A stretch of DNA of 64,000 nucleotides from Candidatus Omnitrophota bacterium (GTDB lineage: Bacteria > Omnitrophota > Gorgyraeia > Gygaellales > Profunditerraquicolaceae). Of the stretch, positions 18,911 to 26,707 are shown piece after piece. The stretch is taken from positions 166,900-230,899 of the forward strand of contig JBAZKL010000004.1 of NCBI GenBank assembly GCA_041650835.1, given 5' to 3'. Position 1 is the stretch's first letter; each line of letters starts with the position of its first letter. Both the position numbers and the translations under genes were made by a program. The notes beneath the pieces are model-generated. The model had not been told where the DNA came from. It did no database searches and worked only from the letters and a program-made list of their open reading frames with translations.

Positions 18911-19140
18911 CGCAAGAAACAGACATAACCGTTTATTTTGCTCATCCTCGTTCTCCATGGGAGCGAGGTACAAATGAAAACACCAATGCTTTAATACGCC
19001 AGTATTTCCCCAAAACTACTGATTTTTCAAAAATCTCGAAAAATAGACTTAAAGAGGTACAGGACGAATTAAACGATCGTCCGCGCAAAACTCTTGGATG
19101 GTATACACCTCACGAAAAATTTACTGAACTGTTGCGTTAG
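18895..19140 (+). pseudogene. IS30-family transposase C-terminal fragment with right inverted repeat (gttgcgttagcaac at about 19130..19150)
   Basis: 81 aa nearly identical to the C-terminus of the intact IS30 transposase at 29671..30666 (ITVYFAHP.SPWERGTNENTN...DRPRKTLGW.TPHE.F.ELLR). Confidence 0.85.
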
Positions 19141-19342
19141 CAACTTGAATCTATCTAACACTAATTATTCCCCGCAACAGTTTTCCACCTATTTCAGGCG
19201 TGACAGTTGGCGGGATGTTTGGTTTATCGCTAAAATTGTTTTTCCATGCCATTCCTTACCTTTTCTTTCTATCTCATCGCTTTTTGCAATTCATAATTCT
19301 TTTTTGTTGTTCTCAAAAGAACATCACCCCTTTTACTAATCA

Positions 19343-22015
19343 TTACGGTTCCAGCTGCTTTTTGCGTTGCTTTCTTGTTTGATCACGACGACCAATAAGC
19401 TGCCTTGAAAAGTCCCTCAAGGAGCTTATATCAGCGAGCACTTCATCAGGTGCAGGACGATCACAATGCAAAGCCTTGGATTTGTCATGACCTGTCATCC
19501 AAGTACTAGCCTTAGATATATGAAGATCAACGCAATGAATATCAGAATCTTCAATAGCCACTCCATTGAGTCTGAGGGTCTGCACGCTGTTTCTGTATCG
19601 ACAAACTACCTTATCGAACAAATCATCCTCAATACAAGATTCCCAAGCTTCACGCAATAATCCGTAAACATAAGCCGCTTCTTTGTTGTACTCTACCATA
19701 TCTTGCTGATAAAAAGATTTAATCTTATTAACCAAATCTTCCAGGTATTGCGCCCGCTGTCCAACCTTCATGGCATGCCAAGGTACACTATTAATTGTAA
19801 TGCCCGCTGACTTTCCGTCACGGCGCAAAGTATGTACGGTGATACTAACTGGCGTACCGGCCTTGGCAAGCGCCATTCCGGCATCCTCCAATTCCATCAG
19901 GAAAGCTATGTTATGAGTAAATATAATGACCTGTCGTTTAAGCCCCTCTTTCGCGAGCCGTTCAGCAATCTTTCCAGTGAATATATGATCGAGCGATGAA
20001 ACTGGATCATCCAACACGATCGCGTTAACATGTGGGACAAGTTGAAGCTCAGCCAGAAAACCAGCAATTGCGATAACTCGTGCCTCACCTTCACTGAGAA
20101 TCTGAGAGATGCGTACCCGGCCTGATATATTAACGCCTTCCAACAAAATCTCGTGTGTAGTCTCCCCTACATCTCCACAAGGCTTAACCGATATAGACAA
20201 ACGATTCGCACCTAACGCAATAAGTTCCTTCTTAAAAGCACTTATCAACTCCGGAGTTAAGTTCTTCTTAATCACCACTGTGCCTTGCCGTGTAATTTCA
20301 TAAGTACTAAGGGTATCAGCCGCTCGCCGCAAATCGGCATTACGCCGAATCTTAGCAACAAGCGCGTAAATATCGACTTTCCTAGCGTTGAGCGCCTTCC
20401 GCGATTTAAGTTCTGTTATGCTGGCGATAAGCTTCTTATATTCCTCAGGCTTAGCCGCATTCGTAATTTCAGTAGCCTTTTGGGTTAATGTTTTGGCAAC
20501 CGATCGTAATGCTGCTTCTACAGATGCTGGCCATGGTGGCAATAATTTCGACCTTTGCGGATCTTCACCTTCTTTGAGTAAAACGAGTGCTGCAGATTTT
20601 CGCACGGCAATCGCTGTGTGATAGGTTCGCAAATCACTTGCCATCGGGACACCCAAACTACTAAGCTCATCACAAATCGAGTCAAGTGTTGCGGCAGTCA
20701 AAGGAGTCACAGCCTCTATCTTTTCCCTCAGCAACTTCAGCGCATTGCGCTTTGTAACTAACACAGTGTTTGTAGCATCTTCCATAAACTTCTTAAAACG
20801 GGCAAAACGGGCAACAGCCTCTTCACCTAGTGGTTGCTGGCAAAAAACACAGACCGCATCATCTGTTTTCGGAAAGGCCTGACCGGGGTAAGCTATCTCC
20901 TCAGAGTATTTCTTTGCTGCCTTATAGAGGATCTCCCATTGATCGGTGGAAGCAACACCTGGTAGCGTTTCGAACGTCTGCCGTTCAGCCACGGCAGCCG
21001 CACGTGCAAGCTGCGCAGCATTCACCTCTAATATAGCGTTCTGGATACCGTCATTCGTCAAATCAACGCACGCAGCTATGAGCTTTGTCACCGCACTTGC
21101 AGCATCGTTAATTCGCCCTTTAATTTTTTCGAGTCGGGCTACCTCTTGAGTTGCTTTCGTGGAATCTGATGTCCTCGCGAGCTCTTCTTGAGCAATCAAT
21201 TGTAACTCATCTTGCGGAGTCCAATTCGTCGCAGCTTGAATAACCTCTTCTTTGGTAGTCTCTAACAAAGACTCGAGAAATTTAGCTGCTGCGGTACCCG
21301 CCGCAATAGCTGAATCCTGAATCGGCATGATAGCCATTATCTCCGTTTCCACGTCTCCCCTAACTCTTTGGACGATCTCCGCCAGCTTCTGAAACACATC
21401 GCAACCATAGGGCAGATAGTTAATCTGATTTCGATCATCAGTAATGATTCGAGCGCAGCGTCCGTCAAATACTGTGATATTGGTCAAAACAGGGTCGACA
21501 GAAACACCTTGAGTCCAAGCAACATCCCTTGACTTATTATCCTGTTTAATCTTTATTATGGCGGTTGGCGCACCAGATGGTGCCTTAACGAAGACATTAG
21601 AAAGGATACGCTCATCCTTATCGCGGGCTTGGCACGCCAGTTTCAAGATTCGGGAATAACCAGACTTACCAGCGCCATTGTCACCATACACCACTGTAAC
21701 ACCACTCTCAGCGAAAGGCTGTGACGCGCCAGCCTTGATGATGTTGACATTTCTAACGTCATCAATTGATAGTAGTTTAACAGCAACTGTTGTTGTGGGA
21801 ACACCCGAGAAGTTACCCGCAACCGGGAGAATAGGCTTGAGTTTTTCGGGAAACGCTGCAATTTTTAAATCTGCTTTGGCCAAAGCCAATATCTCAGAAT
21901 AATCTTGAGCATTGAGCGGCTGGTCACCCTTAGTCAACAGACGACGAACAACGTCTCCTTGCCACGCAGGTAAAGAACTGGCCCATACAATAATATCGTC
22001 AATAGTAGCCATCAA
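19343..22015 (-). CDS. Rad50/SbcC/RecN-like ABC ATPase with long coiled-coil insert and ~75-aa N-terminal extension
   Basis: Walker A VVYGDNGAGKSGYSRIL, about 500 aa coiled coil, C-terminal signature/Walker B/H-loop (SEGEARVIAIA...IVLDDPVSSLD...IIFTHN); 890 aa. Confidence 0.8.
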   Translation of the reverse strand: MMATIDDIIVWASSLPAWQGDVVRRLLTKGDQPLNAQDYSEILALAKADLKIAAFPEKLKPILPVAGNFSGVPTTTVAVKLLSIDDVRNVNIIKAGASQPFAESGVTVVYGDNGAGKSGYSRILKLACQARDKDERILSNVFVKAPSGAPTAIIKIKQDNKSRDVAWTQGVSVDPVLTNITVFDGRCARIITDDRNQINYLPYGCDVFQKLAEIVQRVRGDVETEIMAIMPIQDSAIAAGTAAAKFLESLLETTKEEVIQAATNWTPQDELQLIAQEELARTSDSTKATQEVARLEKIKGRINDAASAVTKLIAACVDLTNDGIQNAILEVNAAQLARAAAVAERQTFETLPGVASTDQWEILYKAAKKYSEEIAYPGQAFPKTDDAVCVFCQQPLGEEAVARFARFKKFMEDATNTVLVTKRNALKLLREKIEAVTPLTAATLDSICDELSSLGVPMASDLRTYHTAIAVRKSAALVLLKEGEDPQRSKLLPPWPASVEAALRSVAKTLTQKATEITNAAKPEEYKKLIASITELKSRKALNARKVDIYALVAKIRRNADLRRAADTLSTYEITRQGTVVIKKNLTPELISAFKKELIALGANRLSISVKPCGDVGETTHEILLEGVNISGRVRISQILSEGEARVIAIAGFLAELQLVPHVNAIVLDDPVSSLDHIFTGKIAERLAKEGLKRQVIIFTHNIAFLMELEDAGMALAKAGTPVSITVHTLRRDGKSAGITINSVPWHAMKVGQRAQYLEDLVNKIKSFYQQDMVEYNKEAAYVYGLLREAWESCIEDDLFDKVVCRYRNSVQTLRLNGVAIEDSDIHCVDLHISKASTWMTGHDKSKALHCDRPAPDEVLADISSLRDFSRQLIGRRDQTRKQRKKQLEP

Positions 22016-22047
22016 TTACTCTCCAGGGTACCTGTCTACTGTAAAAT

Positions 22048-23580
22048 TCAGACTATTGGTCTATCCACTCCATCATCTTCCGATACATCAATAGGCAGTA
22101 AGGCGGTAGCCTCACCTACGGGAAGCTCCTGCACATCCTTGAGTTTTCTCCCGATGCCCCTTGACCTAACTTTAGCTTGTTCAATTGTGTCTGATGCTTG
22201 ATGTAACTTATTTTGCACTGCATCCAAAACATCGCCATACTTCGTCCACTCGGTTTTGACTGCAGCAAGAAGATTCCAGACCTCACTAGAACGCTTCTGG
22301 ATAGCAAGCGTTCGAAAACCCATCTGAAGACTGTTTAAAATAGACCATAGGGTAGTCGGACCAGCGATAACCACACGGCATTCCCGTTGGATAACCTCGA
22401 TCAAGCCCGTCCTACGAATGACTTCAGCAAAGAGACCCTCTATAGGTAAAAACAGAATACCGAAGTCCGTGGTTTTTGGCGGATTTAAATATTTTTTAGA
22501 GATGTCAGATGCACAAATCTTGACACGATTCTCCAACTGTTTACTCGCCGCTTCAACTCCTTCAATATCTGCTCTTTCTTGAGCCTCAATCAAACGCTGA
22601 TAGTCTTCAACAGGAAACTTAGCGTCAACCGGGAGCCAGACAACATCATCCTTATCAGTGCCTTTTCCCGGCAGTTTGATCGCAAACTCAACACGCTCGC
22701 CTCCCTCTTTCGTAGCCACGTTGATGCCAAACTGATCAGGATTGAGCACCTGCTCTAACAACGCCCCAAGTTGCACTTCACCCCACGTCCCACGTGTTTT
22801 GACATTTGTAAGTACCTTTTTAAGATCACCAACACCCGTAGCAAGCGTTTGCATCTCCCCAAGTCCTTTATGCACCATCTCCAGACGTTCACTGACTTGC
22901 TTAAAGGATTCACCCAAGCGCCTTTCCAATGTCCCCTGGAGTTTCTCGTCCACGGTCTGGCGCATTTGTTCAAGCTGCTTGGCGTTATCAATCTGCATGC
23001 TTTGAAGTTTACTTTCCACCGCGACCCTGACTGACTCCAGTTTTTTCTCATTTGAATCCGAAAGTCTACCAATCGCGGTTGACATAATTTCAAGTTGGGT
23101 TTTCTGAAGATTGGCCAATTCGCCCATTGTTTTAGTGGTGGCTTCCGTAATCCCCTTAAGAGTTGCAATAACCTCTTCCCTTAACTGTTTAGCTCCAGTG
23201 GCAGACTCGGCACGAACACCATCCAAGCGTTCACCGCTAGCCTTGGCGAAAGAAGCAAGTTGATTAGAAAAAACATCGAGTTGCCCCTTCTGCATATTGG
23301 CTATATCCATCATTCGTTGTACCACCGAATCGCCAAAGACTTTAAATGCTTCGGCGAGCTCCTGTCTTTGTTCTCTTGTCGTCTTACCCATTTCGTCTCT
23401 GCTCTGAGCCACTTCTTCTCTAACCGCATGCTCAGTACGTTCTTGTGCCTTTTCCAAAACATCAAGACGAGAGGCAATCAAAGAAGGATCAGTTTGGTAT
23501 AGTTTCTTTGAGATAACAAGCAAAACAGCTACCACGCCAACCAGCAAAACAAGAATCACAAATAACAGTATATTAATCAC
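22048..23580 (-). CDS. rmuC: DNA recombination protein RmuC family (TM anchor, coiled coil, RmuC nuclease-like domain)
   Basis: N-terminal TM, extensive coiled coil, C-terminal TTDFGILFLPIEGLFAEV...VIAGPTTLWSIL characteristic of RmuC. Confidence 0.8.
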   Translation of the reverse strand: MINILLFVILVLLVGVVAVLLVISKKLYQTDPSLIASRLDVLEKAQERTEHAVREEVAQSRDEMGKTTREQRQELAEAFKVFGDSVVQRMMDIANMQKGQLDVFSNQLASFAKASGERLDGVRAESATGAKQLREEVIATLKGITEATTKTMGELANLQKTQLEIMSTAIGRLSDSNEKKLESVRVAVESKLQSMQIDNAKQLEQMRQTVDEKLQGTLERRLGESFKQVSERLEMVHKGLGEMQTLATGVGDLKKVLTNVKTRGTWGEVQLGALLEQVLNPDQFGINVATKEGGERVEFAIKLPGKGTDKDDVVWLPVDAKFPVEDYQRLIEAQERADIEGVEAASKQLENRVKICASDISKKYLNPPKTTDFGILFLPIEGLFAEVIRRTGLIEVIQRECRVVIAGPTTLWSILNSLQMGFRTLAIQKRSSEVWNLLAAVKTEWTKYGDVLDAVQNKLHQASDTIEQAKVRSRGIGRKLKDVQELPVGEATALLPIDVSEDDGVDRPIV

Positions 23581-23618
23581 AAAAACCTCCTTAAAAATCC
23601 CTTAAACTCATAAAATTT

Positions 23619-23837
23619 TTATACTTTTAATAATAATCTAATCGTTTGCAATAAATTTCTGTTCAATTCCTGCTGATTTATTCCTACCATTACCTTGATT
23701 GCTCTTCGCAGATTGATTGTCATTGCTCTAATCGACCTACCTTGCTCTACCTTGGTCAACTCGCGAAAAGTTTTACGGTTTCCTTGATGTGCTTTAATTG
23801 TCTTTCCACACTTTGGGCATTTATTATATTGTATCAT
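23619..23837 (-). CDS. transposase-like zinc-ribbon/HTH fragment (possible IS remnant)
   Basis: CPKCGKTIKAHQGNRKTF zinc ribbon; preceded by the same ~115-bp family B element that precedes the IS30 transposase gene. Confidence 0.35.
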   Translation of the reverse strand: MIQYNKCPKCGKTIKAHQGNRKTFRELTKVEQGRSIRAMTINLRRAIKVMVGINQQELNRNLLQTIRLLLKV

Positions 23838-23937
23838 CGTATTTCCTTTCTTTAGTACTCACCTTCAGTCATCTGCCAGCCATAGCGCTTAAACAATTGC
23901 TCTGTTTTTGCCTAGTCATTCTCATTCAAATTTCATA

Positions 23938-24049
23938 GACGCTGTATCCAACCTACTATAATCCTTACACTTACAAAACAATTACTTCCGCCCAGCACAA
24001 AAGGATTGTTTTGCAACTCAAAGAAGCATTATCGGTTACGTATAGCGTC
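23938..24049 (+). repeat. family B ~115-bp inverted-repeat element copy 1 (terminal IR gacgctgtat / tatagcgtc; internal ATCCAAC and ttacaaaacaatt/aattgttttgcaa)
   Basis: near-identical copy at 30727..30837. Confidence 0.8.
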
Positions 24050-24162
24050 TAGGATTCCCCTTGCCATTTGCCTACCTCCCTCATCTGAATAGAATAGTAA
24101 ATCCCAACCGCCATCCATAATAAAATCCCGAAAGCTTTAAGATTCCATATATGTTTAACAAA

Positions 24163-25710
24163 TTAATAGTTTTTATTTTCGTCTTTATCTTTTAAATCTA
24201 AAGTTTTTCTGGCTTCTTTTACATCAATTTTAGCCTTGTGACCATGCTTCTCCAATAGATGTAACAGATTATTACCATTTAGTAATGTTAAAGGCTTATC
24301 TTGTGCAAACTTATATGCATCTGGACCATAATCGGTAGTTGTAACCAAAATTCCTTTCATAGCGCCTTCGTTCATTACAGTACCATATAAGTCTCGTACA
24401 GCAGATACCCCTACAATGTTTGTATATCTTTTAGCTTGTATAACAATTTTGCCTCCACGAACTGGATCTGGGTCAAAAGCTACTGCATCAACCCCTTCAT
24501 CTCTACTCGCCCTTGTAATTTTGACTTCGCCACCACTGGCTGCAAATTCCTTTTCAAATATTTCTCTAATGAGATTTTCAAAATCTTGCCAATCCATTGC
24601 TGCGATATTTGATTTTTCATCTACATTATCTACCACAGCATAGGGAGAGACAAACCTTTTATCCTCTCGGTTAATTTGCATAATAGGAGCTATAGCGGCA
24701 AGCCCGTGAAGTTTACTACTACCTATTCCTTTTAACTTTTTAAAACAAGTTTTTGGATCTACATTTTCTAAGTTAATTGCGAGAAAATCATCCCGAACAG
24801 CTTGAACCGACAAAATACATGCTACTGCTTCCTTGCCAGTTCCCTTGTCGATAAATCTTACATAACCATTAAATATTACGGAGGTGATCGTCCCCATGCT
24901 ATCATTTTTATATAGCTGGTAAATTGTTAATAAAGTAAGTTGGTATAATAAATCATCGTACAATTCATTAAAAGAACTGCCGGAAATATGCGATTCTTTA
25001 AACTCTGCTCTCGTGTCGTTATATTTAACTTCCTTTAGTGTGGGGATGTTTTCTTTTGATGGCAAAAAATAGTCTATAAGTAATATTCCCGACTCTGGAT
25101 TAAAATCAATTTGAAATTCTTGAGGAAATGTTTCCGGATAAAAAGATTGGCATTTTGATAGAAACATTTCGCAGTAATCTACAATTGCGTCTTTTTGTTT
25201 ATTGAAATAGTCTCCTTTTCGCTTTATGATTTCTTGGTTTTTTTCTTCTCTATTTTTAAAAAAATCTTCCCCTTCTTTTTCCCATTTCAAAACATCATCA
25301 TCATACTGTGTTAACATCTTTGAATTCTTCTCGGTTATCGATGAGCATGCTCTTTCCCATTCTAAATGTGCTTTTTGGAAATTATTCTTCATTTCTTCAA
25401 TTTCTTTCTGCTTTTCTTCAGGAAAAAGTATACCAAATAATGTACCTACCTTTGGCTTAAAAGATGGGTCTATCTCATGCGGCTCTTTCGGCAATTTTAA
25501 TGGTTTGGGCGAGAGAGGTTTTCTTTTTGAGTATTCTGATTTATCTAATAAATCCTCCCAAATAATGGTTGGAACTGTTTTTATAGATTCTTTTAAAATA
25601 TTTTTAATCCTACTTAGCTTTTCTTCTGCCTCTTTTGTCTTTACAGCTGCTAAGTCTTTTTTGTTCGACGGCAATAGTTTATAGATAGATTCTTTATCAA
25701 TAATAATCAT
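24163..25710 (-). CDS. Mrr-like restriction endonuclease catalytic domain protein with uncharacterised ~370-aa N-terminal region
   Basis: C-terminal DEGVDAVAF...KIVIQAKRY...GILVTTTDYGPDA matches the Mrr_cat (PD-(D/E)xK) pattern; N-terminal part lysine/glutamate-rich without a recognisable motif. Confidence 0.7.
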   Translation of the reverse strand: MIIIDKESIYKLLPSNKKDLAAVKTKEAEEKLSRIKNILKESIKTVPTIIWEDLLDKSEYSKRKPLSPKPLKLPKEPHEIDPSFKPKVGTLFGILFPEEKQKEIEEMKNNFQKAHLEWERACSSITEKNSKMLTQYDDDVLKWEKEGEDFFKNREEKNQEIIKRKGDYFNKQKDAIVDYCEMFLSKCQSFYPETFPQEFQIDFNPESGILLIDYFLPSKENIPTLKEVKYNDTRAEFKESHISGSSFNELYDDLLYQLTLLTIYQLYKNDSMGTITSVIFNGYVRFIDKGTGKEAVACILSVQAVRDDFLAINLENVDPKTCFKKLKGIGSSKLHGLAAIAPIMQINREDKRFVSPYAVVDNVDEKSNIAAMDWQDFENLIREIFEKEFAASGGEVKITRASRDEGVDAVAFDPDPVRGGKIVIQAKRYTNIVGVSAVRDLYGTVMNEGAMKGILVTTTDYGPDAYKFAQDKPLTLLNGNNLLHLLEKHGHKAKIDVKEARKTLDLKDKDENKNY

Positions 25711-25735
25711 TATTTTTCTCCATACTTAACAAATA

Positions 25736-25859
25736 GCAAGACGTTTTATCCAACATCATAATTATCAACGCGTTACAAAACAATTTCTTAATCTTATCTG
25801 TCTTCAGCATTTGTTATGCAACTTAATAACGAAGAAATAGTTAGACAAAACGTCTTATT
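25736..25859 (+). repeat. family C ~120-bp inverted-repeat element copy 1 with integron-core-like ends (ATCCAAC ... GTTAGAC)
   Basis: caagacgttttATCCAACat...ttacaaaacaatt...aataGTTAGACaaaacgtcttatt; terminal IR aagacgtttt/aaaacgtctt. Confidence 0.8.
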
Positions 25860-25885
25860 AATATCGTTTTTGTCATAATTTCCAT

Positions 25886-26356
25886 TTATCCGTTCAAGTC
25901 GGGAACAGTATACTCGATAAGTCTATCCTCAAGATTTCTTCTCTCCACATCCGAGAGATTACTGGTCTGGCAAAACCATAATTTTATTCTTTTGCGTTTG
26001 TAATGATTAAGAACAAATTTGTTTATTTTGCAGTTAGTAGATTGACCCCTTACAAAACAATTACGAGGACTTATTAGCCCGTAACCACTATTTATACGAT
26101 TATACAAATCCTGGCATTCTCCAACATAGCGGATTTTGTTATTTAGTGTAAAAAAATAGAGTCCACTTCTCCCACTCCACTTCGGGAGAATCTTGAATCC
26201 ACAAAATCCACCTTTCCCATATCTGTGTAAAGCATACCCTTTCTTGTTATCATATCGGCTTTGCGGATAACTAATGATTACGGTACCATTCTTACTGCGC
26301 ATTAACTCTATCTTACAAACCTCGAGAAAAACAAAACCTAAAATCTTCTTAATCAT
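25886..26356 (-). CDS. GIY-YIG nuclease-domain protein
   Basis: GLYFFTLNNKIRYVGECQDLYNRIN (GIY...YVG...R...N) and downstream conserved Glu (RRNLEDRLIE). Confidence 0.65.
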   Translation of the reverse strand: MIKKILGFVFLEVCKIELMRSKNGTVIISYPQSRYDNKKGYALHRYGKGGFCGFKILPKWSGRSGLYFFTLNNKIRYVGECQDLYNRINSGYGLISPRNCFVRGQSTNCKINKFVLNHYKRKRIKLWFCQTSNLSDVERRNLEDRLIEYTVPDLNG

Positions 26357-26419
26357 TTCTTAAGTAATATTCCAAAGTTCTTTTATTCTATTTACTATAT
26401 GCTGCCATTTTTTTGAATA

Positions 26420-26515
26420 GCAAGACGTTTTATTCAACATTATGATTCTCAACGCGTTACAAAACAATTCATTAATCTTATCTGTCTTCAGTATTTGTTA
26501 TGTAACTAAAAAACG
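26420..26515 (+). repeat. family C element copy 2 (right end diverged)
   Basis: caagacgttttATTCAACat...ttacaaaacaatt... Confidence 0.75.
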
Positions 26516-26524
26516 AATATAGGA

Positions 26525-26650
26525 AAAAACAGTATCTGAACTCGATGACTATCTAAAATTATTGGACTTATGAATTAATTCCGCACCTTGCCGATTTTAT
26601 TCCTAATTTATTTGATTCCAGTGAGTTATTGAGTTCTGACACCAATTATC
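26525..26650 (+). repeat. family A element copy 6
   Basis: aaaaaacagtatctgaactcgatgac ... GAGTTCTGACACcaatt. Confidence 0.85.
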
Positions 26651-26707
26651 TAATTCTAAAGAGATAAACCATCTTACATCGGCACGTATTGGCCAATACT
26701 TAAAACC

